Positions 34,001-61,800 of a DNA stretch of 64,000 bases are shown here, in pieces (position 1 is the first letter of the stretch; each line of letters opens with the position of its first letter). The stretch is from NCBI GenBank assembly GCA_964035545.1, contig OZ037767.1, positions 4,728,707 through 4,792,706 of the forward strand. The letters are read 5' to 3'. The notes under the pieces were generated by a model, which did no database searches, had not been told where the DNA came from, and saw nothing but the letters and a program-made list of their open reading frames with translations. Origin of the DNA: Bugula neritina. Its lineage: Eukaryota > Animalia > Bryozoa. The position numbers and the translations under genes were made by a program.

Positions 34001-34992
34001 GAGGTGACTGAGTACAGTAGATTGCAGAGGTGGAAAGTGTCATAAAAGCAGTTTTTCAGCCACGCAACTGTTTTAATTAGATGTTTAAGATGCCATGTTT
34101 ACAAAGCTACATCATTCCTAACTGTTCTCTACTGAGCTTTGTATAATATTTTGGTGAAACCGACAATTAAGTGCTATACCACGGAATATGAAACCGTTGC
34201 CACAGCTAAATATTTCAACCCTTCAATTACAGGTTTGAAGTTTAAGCTCATATCAAGAAAAAACTTTTCTGTTTCAGTCTCGCTGCTTAAACTTATACCC
34301 AATCGAAAATTCAAATTTCAAATGTCTACCATATAGATGGAAAATACTTCAAGGGCCCATTCAAAAACATTCTTGCAATTATCTATGCATGGAAATTAAT
34401 TCCTTTAGGCAGTACAGCACCAGCAATAATTAAGTGCAAGTGTTACCATTTATACTATGTCTTAATAACTTTTAATCTTGATATTTAGACAAAATTGTAT
34501 ATACTATAACTAGAGCATATTGTCTGTTCTTTTAAGCATTCAACTTAAATTTTATTAGATGTTGTGATTGTGCATAATAAAAAACTTCTGTTTTTTAATT
34601 AGCCTTTCTACAATAACAGGGAATGTTTGTAGGCTGTAGCAGTAGCCATCTATAGCATCTGGCCATTACAAGATTTGTGTTATCCATAGACCTATAGCAA
34701 TTCAGCTTGACTGACTATAAAAACTATGAGACAAATTATTTTAATACTTTCATCAAACTCCTACTGGTCTTTGTGATTCAATACTAATAAAACATATATA
34801 ATTATTATGCAGGTATGCACATAATTGGTGCAATTAGAACTACAATCCGATTTCAAATTTATATAACTTTAATTCAGAGTAGTTTATACAGTAGTATAGA
34901 AGCCTGGGATACTTACCTGCAGTTGCTAATGTTGGTTCCAACGCTGCCAACACACACGCAAAGAGCAGCAGCCTACTAACCCTGCACTCCAT
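22082..34992 (-). CDS. Type I membrane protein: signal peptide, 2 WSC domains, Sushi/CCP, TM, short tail (358 aa)
   Basis: Exons 34992-34917 (MECRVSRLLLFACVLAALEPTLATA), 33859-33719, 32329-32177, 31691-31551 (YENLGCYKD...MTIELCLLLC), 23370-23209 (YAGVQAGNMCYCG...CNITCEGDNTQICGG), 22939-22718 (CGEPPSIENA...YKCKEGY...C...W...C), 22263-22082 (TM, KRR, ...PPTNYDTI*). All introns are phase 1 GT-AG (1077 nt). Confidence 0.8.
23509..23814 (-). repeat. 3' LTR
   Basis: TGTTATAG...CCACCACA, matching 30651-30956 with no difference found by eye. Confidence 0.97.
23815..23825 (-). promoter_or_regulatory. Polypurine tract
   Basis: Minus-strand GGAGGGGGCAG directly abutting the 3' LTR. Confidence 0.8.
24083..25156 (-). 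CDS. Retrotransposon ORF3: zinc-finger/coiled-coil accessory protein (357 aa), not env
   Basis: Intact ATG-initiated ORF starting 17 nt after the pol-tail stop. It contains C-x2-C-x12-H-x3-H and C-x-C-x12-H-x5-C fingers, PRVVL, RKRHR and a C-terminal heptad helix. No signal peptide or TM segment. Confidence 0.8.
   Translation of the reverse strand: METGSMPVNSELIQQIESELLGTTFHVNDDEDTVMADGLLDLELDTVLGQSTHDSSVPRVHSKSCDSQASNGRQSLELCCKDPPRSNNNSTFVDTLAPVSPGIPSLEMAWDPEPAPTTSTTRQLPPQLEATSNWITPATEREIRTHQGGESNRECNLCQQRFTTHRRLKVHLPQHYITTFCPCGEYSYNRDYLLRHQRTMQCYQGHVYEVDESSYPAFLNAIKPLITDSARLSRLEQGFPSPRPIISGAADKPTQSTNSPPHSPLRMPHTFPRVVLQRVDTNAYTLPPSLPSSERKRHRQPTSSRSSPWARNLREVEARAHDLEQEVYRLAPRVQAASSELKYLQESIKRMKRAARS
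25174..25815 (-). CDS. C-terminal extension of pol/integrase, separated by a frameshift in a C11 run
   Basis: Removing one C from the run at 25817-25827 fuses pol (...GEAPPP) to LLEPRRQ.... The ORF contains RGQRTRKPPPYLKDFV, the RxRxPPxxLxD(Y/F) motif typical of Gypsy integrase tails. Confidence 0.75.
   Translation of the reverse strand: MLEPRRQTTTRGRRRHGPEYEVVIPREENLVREERQLLSTEACPPPPSLIPSLPETEPVPEVQTPTEGGAPSGEQEELTANGEVETPLEAPTNEPASVSPPLERGQRTRKPPPYLKDFVCDCIRSGAHESRGENRTIKCWSCEPHANINFCEGGIVGGINARKANSSDLVPQKRCSAFSYADIAKGRRISQPAPTLPRTLSMDINTEFPGKPV
25760..29452 (-). CDS. pol: Gypsy pol polyprotein (protease, RT, RNase H, integrase)
   Basis: FLLDSGC protease; WRFCVDYRKLN, LPFGLTSAPATFQ and YLDD (RT); DASD...ELLA...TDH...NADGLSR (RNase H); HHCC, DLVGP, SDQG, VERNN (integrase); KFVGPY (GPY/F module). 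Confidence 0.97.
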   Translation of the reverse strand: MKVQPHGESYFLPGKVAGNAVTFLLDSGCTTNLLSRRVFEALPRRDRDRVRPYTGEHGTLEDGSCIPFYGIIELPGRVRDQAVQETFIIGQLEEDAILGMPFLKQHQCRIDFSKSVVLMGGRELACVDKFGRPLVGGVQVVRNCTVPGRSRATIHCRVNSNRIARLGVVESAHERIQLASSLNRLTERGEVLVQCVNPFTEPIELPAGSMLGRFHSVQEEDVGPSLGDATEATPRHPIQGRGAVPTHLRELYETASGGCASNRERQAMAKLLRDYGDVFSSGEHDVGLTGIVRHEIPLTAGTVPVRQPTRRLGPEKEKEVSRQVRDLLDRRLIEPAHSAWSSPVVLVRKKDGSWRFCVDYRKLNSVTIQDAYPLPRIDESLDALAGSKYFSTLDLLSGYWQVPLSPDAQEKAAFITRDGLWKWKVLPFGLTSAPATFQRLMEQVLSGLHWKTLLVYLDDVIVISPDFETHVSRLQEVFERLRGAGLKLKPSKCALLQPEVKYLGHVVGRNGVATDPEKVRAVEDWVTPQDLTGLRAFLGLVGYYRQYIPDFAGIAQPLNRLTAKGVTWQWTPVEQEAFDRLKGCLLTAPILAYPDPTLEYILDMDASDQNVGAVLSQVQEGQEVVVAYYSKSLSPAERNYCTTRKELLAVIKSVKHFRPYLYGRKFRLRTDHASLIWLCRRAEPSSQVARWLEILAEFSYRIEHRPGKRHSNADGLSRRPDGGCKQCLNIERRDGGPPRCELETLAHHGAPFDWDRGQLRQRVDESPEDVQNLRANPVLAGNVRELKKLQEELPGVVADIYRAKREGRRPSEERIRQGCAEFRLYCQRWDSLRIGQDGLLTISLAASGRHPERKRVVCPTAIRRELIWDTHKQAHAGVKRVISKLRLRWYWPQMERDVRLRVKQCEICQASKHSRPPGEAGRRRLYAGRPWQVVAVDLVGPMPLTPRGNNWILVLTDHFTRWADALAIPDASAPTVARALDQHVFCYFGLPEQIHSDQGAQFQSQLMSDLCHLWGVNQSRTTPYHPQGNGVVERNNRMLGDALRSLLLGRGQEEWDTVLPQVMRAYRSTPHTSTGETPNLLMLGRETRVPDHLTYHVPEQDNSVHEYASELVERMKAAHDILRQQQWKVRHEDSDEPPLYQTGDKVWMVNYRRRRGQADKLKPKFVGPYVVVEAMPNHTYKIERSGQVSIQNESRLKPYWASPDGVGEAPPPVVRAQEADNDARATAAWT
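29751..30617 (-). CDS. gag: Gypsy gag (288 aa)
   Basis: First ORF after the PBS. LKAPTFTGSEDVEQFIQEF...W...LRARFG...SLQEHA pattern of retrotransposon capsid proteins. No CCHC knuckle. Confidence 0.88.
   Translation of the reverse strand: METENARMQPPPVEGERRNAVNPVNREGEEAYRHCLKAPTFTGSEDVEQFIQEFREVMEVAQWPHRVALIQLRRAVTEQAKPYGVGTDVDGILAALRARFGTSVIDARTKLERLCRTPQTSLQEHAATVKKLAQIAYSDLPAQHQERYTYDAFVQSLNDLGLDHHLRAKGITRIEDALKAGEAYLLATQMHRAQRNPPVVGVSAARATTGSEALPLEAEVDRMVEMLGQLVTILAGAGPGQALRVPPTPVGQGWSSADQDQGQKGRPQYQGALNCHGPRTLSLPAGRN
29758..29802 (-). promoter_or_regulatory. -1 ribosomal frameshift signal (G_UUA_AAC plus GC-rich stem-loop)
   Basis: Slip heptamer at 29802-29796 in the gag frame, 5-nt spacer, perfect 10-bp stem CGGCCCGCGG/CCGCGGGCCG with a 13-nt loop. 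The -1 frame stays open to ~29449. Confidence 0.75.
30632..30649 (-). promoter_or_regulatory. Primer-binding site, tRNA-Leu
   Basis: TGGTGGCAGCGGTGGGAT, 1 nt inside the 5' LTR, complementary to the eukaryotic tRNA-Leu(AAG/TAG) 3' end ...ATCCCACCGCTGCCACCA. Confidence 0.88.
30651..30956 (-). repeat. 5' LTR
   Basis: Direct repeat of 23509-23814, followed by the TSD GTAT. Confidence 0.97.
32378..32588. mobile_element. MITE, short copy (GG...CC termini, 9-bp TSD)
   Basis: GGTGTCATCCCA...TGGGATGAAACC flanked on both sides by GTTTCAAAT (32369-32377, 32589-32597). Confidence 0.75.
33139..33596. mobile_element. MITE, same family as 32378-32588 (8-bp TSD)
   Basis: TIRs GGTGTCATCCTAGATAGACGCTTCCCAGTTAGACGC / GAGTCTAACTGGGAAGCTTTTATTTGAGATGAAACC; CTATTATA on both flanks. 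Shares the internal CATAAATAAATT..TTT.ATCTGC.TTAAC with the other copy. Confidence 0.7.
33925..34007. repeat. 40-bp tandem duplication
   Basis: TGATATTTGACTCTCTC(A/T)ATAAGCAGCTCCAAGTTGGAGG x2. Confidence 0.9.
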
Positions 34993-36195
34993 GGTGTCTG
35001 TTCAATGCTTGTCCCTTCAACTCTAAATCATCTGTAGAAAAATAAAGTTTCCTCAAGTTACGTAAATAATATCCGCTTATCATGGAGCAGTGCTTTACCC
35101 ATTGACCAACAGAACATAAATGAAATCATCGCTGGCTAAATTCAACAAAAACATCTGCATTGATAACACAATGTTAAATCGATTTTTTTGACAAAGCATT
35201 TAACATCCAATACAGAGTAATATTTCTATGCTTATTTACTAGTATATAATATAATAGCAATGTATTATAATAGTATGGAGATGCTGTGCAGTTTCGTTTA
35301 GGAATGGAAAGTTTTATATAACATTTACAAATGAAAGCTAGTGTTGACTTGATTATTTGGTAAATTTAGTCTATCAAAATTATCATGCCATAATTTTACT
35401 TACGATTGTCATGTGATTACTTCTTTGTAGCGATTCAATTTAGTTCAACTAACTGTTTTAGCTCTGGAAATGATGACCTATTGATGCTTTCAAATAAGCT
35501 ACACCCATATTACACAATAAAGCTTTGCAATCATTGGATGAGAACAAAAAGATATACTTTTTTAGTTTATATCAATCAGTTTATCTGGAAAACACTTTAA
35601 GATTAACTAGTGTTAGGCTAGTTTACAAGTCATAACTTGCACGTTGAAGTATTTTATTATTCATCAAGGTGTTCTATTAATAGTGTAAATGTATAAAAAA
35701 GTATATTCAATAAAGGTTTTTCTAGTTGTAAATACTGAAATATTGTCATTATTAGCTTGCCTAACAATTTGTTAATATAGTGTGTTAGAACACACACCTC
35801 TATTCTTTTATATCAATTAGTAACACTAGTCAGTCTACTCAATATAGTACAACATAGTCATATTGAGCTAGTAGTCTTTATAAATATAAAGGCATAAAGT
35901 TTCACTATAAAAATATATAGTGTTATACTTCTGTATGGAGTACACAAGCACTTGAAGGCTATAAGACAAAGAGATCAGATATACAAATATAGAGCTGGAG
36001 ACTCCAATAACATTGTTGAACATTTTCTTTCCAACTTTCTGTTATTTATCAAAACATGCAGCCCTGAGAAATCAAAACTTTGAAGACATAAATTGAAATG
36101 GGCTTCCCTCAGCAACCCTACAGCAGTTTATGATGATGAGTTCTACAATCTCAGTTTACTAATAGTTCCACTGAGTCCAGAGATACACCACCACC

Positions 36196-54061
<17,866 letters not shown>

Positions 54062-55519
54062 GGTTAAAAAGTTGAGATGTTACGTCATATTTAGTTTATT
54101 TCTAACATAAACATCTACATTATCTCTGCAAGCATAATTCAAAATGATTTTAATTTACATAAAAATGTTAGGCGCCATTTTACATTAATAGAAACACCAG
54201 TGACGTTTATCATTATGATTATTATAACCCCTGTGATTACGAACAAGAATACTTAACTTCTATATGATTATATTTATTACAATGCAGCTATATAAGCAAT
54301 TAAAAAACAATGTTAATTAGCAAAAATGCTGCGAGTACTAAAAATAAATAATTTTTAATTATATAAAATTATCCTTTCAATTTAATTTTATGGTTGTCGA
54401 CATGATTATGATGATTCAAACTCACATTGGCATTGGGGTTCGCAATTGCAACGTGGTTAATTTTATTTACAAAATCAACAATAAAAATTAGTGCTTAAAT
54501 CAAATGCACAAGTATTATAAAGCAACTAACGTTGAAATAAGTGAAATAACAACGAATAGTCGTTGTCTTGTTACACTGCCATTAGAAGTCTAGACATGGA
54601 TCTTTTATACTTTTGTTTATGCGTTTCCCGGAAGTCATTTATTTCAAGTGTTTTATCTACATCGCTACATTTAGATTTTATTTTAAATTGATTATTTGTA
54701 TAATTTAAAGTTTAAAAAATTAATTTAAATAAATTATAAAAACGATAACTTTTTTACAATAGCAACAACACAACAATTTACTTTTTAAAAACAACAGACA
54801 ACTCCAACGTACAACTTGTACCCAAAGATATCGCAGTGTTTTTCCTCCACCTATTTAAACTGTATCCAACTATTGCGCAATAACCCTACCCCCCCCCCAA
54901 CCTCTGGCTGTACATATAAGGTACGAGCTGTATCTTCTCTCATATTATTTATTTATTATTATGATATCATTCAATACAATTAAGGCTGGTATAATAGCAT
55001 AAACCCTTATACATAGTTGTAGTCCTCATTAAATATAATATTTCCAATTGATAATATAATTTGTATATCTTATGCTATTTTTAGTACTATGTATAGCATA
55101 GTGAAGCTAAATTATTACAATTAGTTTACTGCTATTCTGCATGTACATATTGCTCGCACTGACAAAACAAAAAGGGTATATTCAAAGCATTTTTCATAAC
55201 TAAATAAGCATTTTTTGAACAAGTACATGCATAGCAAACACATGAACTAATGGTTTTACACCAGAACATATCTATATAAATAAAATTCCTGAATATTGCA
55301 AAAAGGCAAGAAAAATACAAGCTGGAACAAACAATTCATATATAAGATATTAATAAACTCGTAATTAAAAAGCGACTTTTACCATAATGCTACAAGATTA
55401 CGGATATGATTGAAAAATGCCAAGTAAGAAAATATATAAGTGCTTGATTTAATCTCTTATAATATCATGATAATAATAAAACCTGACAGTAAATTATAAT
55501 AGTATAACAGTAAAATTAC

Positions 55520-55660
55520 AATATACATATATGTTATAGTAACATGTTATAGTAATATACATATATGTTATAGTAACATGTTATAGTAATATACATATAT
55601 GTTATAGTAACATGTTATAGTAATATACATATATGTTATAGTAACATGTTATAGTAATAT
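55520..55660. repeat. 34-bp AT-rich minisatellite, 4 copies
   Basis: AATATACATATATGTTATAGTAACATGTTATAGT x4. Confidence 0.9.
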
Positions 55661-55890
55661 AGTATAGTAACATATTATAGTAATATATTAAAGTAATATA
55701 TTATATACTCTGTAGGAGAGATTATTGCTCCTATTGCTGCACAACTGTAAGAACCTTCTATACACCAAGAAAGTTCTTTCCCTGCTATATTATGATATGT
55801 ACATTTATATTGTTATGTGGCCAAGTAGTCCTCAAGGATAAGTAAATATTGTAGTCTTCATCTACTAGTCTACAGTATAATCTTGAACCT

Positions 55891-58800
55891 TTAATCTTCC
55901 ATCTCTTCTAAAAAGTAAAGCTGGGAATGCAACTAATGCAGCTGAGAAGAAAACTCCAAGATAACAGAGCTGACTAATATATTATTAATAACATTTTAGG
56001 TAACAAATAACTAAGTTAAAATAATTACATTGTTTAGGGTTGAGAATAGAAAAATCAAACATTATTTTATAGTTGGGTTTCTTAATAAAATGATACATCA
56101 ACAGAATTGCTGTTTCATTATTCAATTTTATTTTTTTAGTAGCATTAGACATGTGTACGGAATGTTCTAGAATACATGACAGTTTGCTAAAGAGTGCTGC
56201 AAGATCACAGATATAACTACATTTAGAACTTAATTGTGATCAAGACCTAAAACTTAGATTATATTTGTATTAATGAAAATTTAATAGAAAAATTACAAGG
56301 GCACTAAAAAATGCTCAGCCTCTCATTGAAAAGATAAACTTCCGTTGAAAATTATCAATGTGTTATCGTGCGCCTTTTTATAAATGCGTGTTGTGAAGTA
56401 GTATAATAGAAAGCAGCACAAACCGTTAGGGTAGCCACTGTCATTGATCAAAGGTCTCAGAGAAAGACAGCTGGGTGACTCCAGCATCTCGTCAAAGCCA
56501 GAGCTGTTGCTGGACGTCACACTGGGCAGTCTCAGATGGGTGCTCTCAGTGACAGCAGACGCCATCATCTCCTTGTTCTGTAATTATATGTGCACACAAC
56601 TCTTACAGCAACACACTAAGTAGAAAGTTCCTGTGATGGTATAGTATTATATAGTGAGTGTGAATGTGAGTGTAAGTGAGTGCGTGCATGTGTGTAGCTA
56701 TATGTATGTACGTATATGTGAGCATATGTACATGTATATGTGAGAGAAAACATGAAAGTAACCAAGTTTTCACTATCTGTTATTTATGTGTATAAATTAT
56801 ATATAGAAAAAATATATCTAATCAATTACTATATCACATAGTATACACGTGTGTAATTACTCATTCTACGCATACTATCAACAGGGGACAAATGTGCTTA
56901 CCCTATAGCGTTATGCGTTCAAAAAATTTCAAAAGACACTGCAAGCCATTGAAAGATAGTATTAATGCTAAAAGTAATTTTATATATAAAATAATCATAA
57001 TATGATATAACATAATATTACTTGTCCAATTCGAGTCAGCTGCAAGTGCATAAAAGCAAAGGAGGGTCTTTCATCAAGATTTCTTTTCCAACATTTCTTC
57101 ATCATTTCACCGCTACAAGAAACAAGATTCCCTTATTGGTTCAATTATTTGTATAAATCTAACACTATTCAACATGTGAACCAAACTTGTGCTTTTAATA
57201 TAACTTTTTTATCATTAAACTAGTCTTCTCAGATGAAAGATAAAAGACAAGCAAGACTAGGTGTTTGTTCTTTGTGTGTCAGCAATGACAACTTCATTGC
57301 AGAAAGAAAAACACATTTTTTGTAATTGGAACTACATTTTTTATGCGCAAATAGAACTGGGCTTTACATTGTTTAGTATAAAAAGGTAGCATTATATATA
57401 AATCTCTTACACAGGAATAGGGCAGGTTGCAGGTGGACTCATGGTTAGACCGTTCTTGATCATGGTAGCCAGTTCCTTATTGTCCGCCACTTGAGGGTAA
57501 GGCTGCTCACCGAGTGTGAACACTTCCCATAGCAGAATACCAAACGACCTGAAGAACAGAAGATTTGGTAAAATTAAAAGTTAGAGCAATAATTGCGTGG
57601 TTGCTTATTCTTTTCCATTGTTGGGTAAAACCTCATATTTTTAAAGCTGTTATTGGTTGAATTAGAGAAGGAATTTGAAAAGAATTTTGTCGAAACTAAT
57701 GGATAAGCCAATAAATAAACTTGAATAAAAGACTATGATATTTTATACTCAACCCACACGATGAAAGTTTATTTACAAATAGCTAAAGCAGACACACAGG
57801 TTAGAAAACAAATCTTACTTAAATACAGAAAGAGTTGCTCAATTTCATGACTTGCTTCCTCAAGCAAATATTAAATCTAGCAGAATCTATATTAGTTCAT
57901 AGAGTTATATATTTACCAAACATCAGACTTGGTAGTCATCTTCCCACTCTCGACAGATTCCGGAGGGTACCAACGCACAGGCACCGGGCGAGTCATGCCT
58001 CCTATTTGATGACAATAATACGTGCCGTCTTTGATATCTTTAGACAGCCCAAAGTCCGAAAGTTTAGCTACTCTCTTTTCACCTGGTTCTGTCAGTAACA
58101 CATTCCTGCAAGCTATATCTCTGTGAGAGAAAATAAGACACCAAATTAGTATTTGAGATGCACTGAATGTCTTCAAGTTTGGTTAAATTCTTTTAATAAC
58201 TGGTTTAATCTTGCCTTGTCTTACAATAAATTCCACCATACAACTTGTATATATAATAATATATTATATAATACTTCCTGTATATACATATAATGTAGTG
58301 TATGATGTTGCCCATATATATATGATATATTTTATAATATATTACTTGCATGTATAATATATTATTGTATGATATATGACATGTACAAAGAATATATTAT
58401 ATATTATTACTTGTAGCATAATTATGTATTATATAATCCATTACCTGTATATAGAACATATTGTATAATATTACCTGTATATATAATATATTGTATGGCG
58501 GTAACTGTATATATCTATAATATATTGTACAACATATTACTTGTATATATATATATATATAATATATTGCATAATATTACCTGTATATATATTATATTAC
58601 GTATAATATTACCTGTATATATAATATATTGTATGTTACCTGTAGTATAAATATGTATTTCACAGTAAAATATCTCACCTGTGAATAAACCTCATCTCTT
58701 CCAGATATTTGCATGCTGACGCAACGTCTGTACAGATTCTAATCAAATCTCCAAACTTGAGATCACAATCACTACTCTATAAAAATATATGATTCTAGGT

Positions 58801-61800
58801 TACGTATAACAGTGACACAGATACTGGTACATGTATAACAGTGGCATAGACGCTTTTACATGTAGAACAGTGGCATAGGTACTTGTTTATGATAAAAAGC
58901 TGATATATATTTTTACTGTTTTAAAGTCCTAAAACTAAAACAAATTAGGCATTTATTAGTTGTTAAATTTTCACTGTATATTCAGGCAAATGTAAAACTA
59001 ATAGGATTTCTTAGTCAGCTTGATGTCAATGCAAGAAAATTAATTGTTCTAACAAAACAAATGATTATTGGTTTAAATATCAGTAATTTAAAATGCACTG
59101 TTTAAAAAAAACATTCATATTCAGTAGTCATAGAAATAGTAATATCGTGAGCAGTACAGCAGTGAATAAACATGCCTTGTTAGGTGTTTGATTATTTCTA
59201 AGAAAGTTTTTCAAATCTCCACCACGAAACAGATTCATTATGATACCAATATCTCCATTGTCCATCTCACATATTCCCAGCAGTTTCAATATGTTTGGAT
59301 GATCCAGAGCACTAGAATAATAGCATTGCAAAAGTAACCAATATGTTAGCAGTTAGAGCATAGTTATTAATTTTAACCTTTCTGAAAAGTTTAGTATGTG
59401 ACATTTACCTAGCCTATGTTACGATAACATAAACAATTTGTCAACTAACACATCGATTTCTTGACTGTATACTAAATCCATTCCTATTTTCTAGCATGCA
59501 TGCAAAGGCTTGGCTATTTTAAAAAATGCTTATAATATCTAGCACACATTTGTGGTTATTAAGATAAGCATATCCAACTGTACTAAAAAAATAAACATAA
59601 ATTCAGTATACGGTGTATAGAGAAAATACACAGATATTACTGGTAAAAAATCTCAACTGAAAAGACAACAAAAATAAAGAGGTAAATTTGAAACTTAGAC
59701 ACATTGCTAAACATGGTAAATGTCTCAAGTCTTTGCTCATTTCATAACTACACAACTTAAATTAATAAATCAGCCAAATAATAGTCTTTTTGATAATACA
59801 CCTAGATATTTTTATCACTTGAATTAATAGACAACCTTCAACAGCTTTAACTTCTATGCTGTTTTATGAAAGTGATATGAGTTTGGCACTACCAGTAAAA
59901 CAACCCTTCTTAGTTTCAACACCTAAACTAAGAGTCAGCATGAGCTGTCTTCCACAGCTGTCAACACAATGAATAACTACCGGCTTGCATCATACAACCC
60001 GGGCTTATCTTCATAGAAAATATGCCAAAAATGCATAACAGTGTTGATAGACTAACTAATGACAAGCATTGAAAGCTGTAGGGTAGAGCTTCTAACAAGT
60101 TTTGCAGTACTTTAAATATCAATAATAAATTGTGACCATCAAACCAAGTGAAAATTCTGAGTAGCCTATAATAAAAGTAAATATGATGTCTACTAAAGAA
60201 CTAACTTGATAGTTAAAGCTTCCTGGATATATTCCGAACGAGTATATTTAGTCCTTTTCTGGGGGTTAGGTGTTTTAATAGCAACAGTAATTTCCTTGCT
60301 ATTCCATTTTTCACCAAGTGTGAGGTGGGCCAGAAACACTTGCCCAAACTGGCCTGTCCCAAGAGTCCTACAAAAACTTGCTTAAGTTTACTACTAAAAA
60401 TAAGTACACACTACACAAAATGGTTATAATAGCATATTTCATAGTAATTTGAATAAAATCTTAGATAGTAACTTCAAATCTTTTCTGGGCTCCTGCAAAA
60501 AAGTGCAACAATGTAATGCTGAGAAGCATGAGCTCTTGCAAGTAGCTACCACATAGCAAGCTAGTTGACCACCAGTTATAATAGCTGTGTGTCCACACCC
60601 TTCTCAAAGATTTGTGCTAAGACTAATAAAGTTTTGTTAAAACTTGAACTACAAGTGAAGCGAGATTACCTAACTCTCTTGACCCTCTCCTCTGGAAACC
60701 GTGTCAACTTCTCCTCGCACACGCCGTAGTCGGAGTTTGACTCTAATCTTACAATATTTGGTTTCTTCCGCTGCAGTGACCTCCACTTTAAAACTATATA
60801 TAAATGCAATGCTTAAACAATGAAGTCTACAGCATTTCAATACAGAAATCTTCACCTTAACCCATCATAGTTATAAAAATAGTCATAGCTGACCAATTCC
60901 GCTTTCAAAGACTAGATATTCTTTGTTTATATTATACAATATGTGTTATTTATGACTACAATAACTGCTGGTCTGTTATGATTTTATCAAGTGGAATAAT
61001 CTTACAACTTACACCACATTAGCACAACCATCATCAAGACAACTACAACACCTCCGAAGATTCCATAGATAACATGATGTTTTGCTGATTTTTCTTCGGG
61101 TTCTATGCTTTCACCTTAAACAGACATAAAATAGTACAAGTTTCAGCTCTGTAAGAAAGAAAAGCTGCCTTAAAAGAAAAATAGTAGCATGAAATGCTTA
61201 TCAAAACAGAGTGAAAACAGATCTTCCATATCATAATCATACACCATTATAATATTAATGTGCAGAGCAGCAGTGGTATGTGGGTTAGAAAATTGCCTGG
61301 TAAATCCATTTTTGATGTCAGGAAGGGCGTTTGGTCATAACTGCTGCTGTTTCAAAATGAAAATAAGTTCCCAGCCTGTTTAAAAACCCTTTCCATGAGG
61401 GGTTCTCACAAGGATGGCAATTTTAAGCAAAACATGGGTTTTTTCTATTAACATTAGACTATATATTGATTTAAAACCTCAGTTACAGTAACACTATAGA
61501 TCAGCATACTTCGTCGACATGCGTCAAGTTCGGATCCTGCCATCCACCTGCCACCACACTGACACTGGTGTGTTGTGTATGTCCCATCATCCCATTTACA
61601 ATTCCTGTTTTCACTACACACGCAGTCAGGTGGCACCTCCATGATCTCTACCCAGCCATCTGGGTGATGCACTGAATAGGGGTCGTAGAGGTCAAACTGG
61701 ATCCTTTCAGTCAGTTCTCTGTTGTAAAAGGATGAGCCTTGCTCTCCTGGTACTGTCTCATTGTCTGCTAGGGATATGTTGCCTCCTGGAAGAAGTGTCA

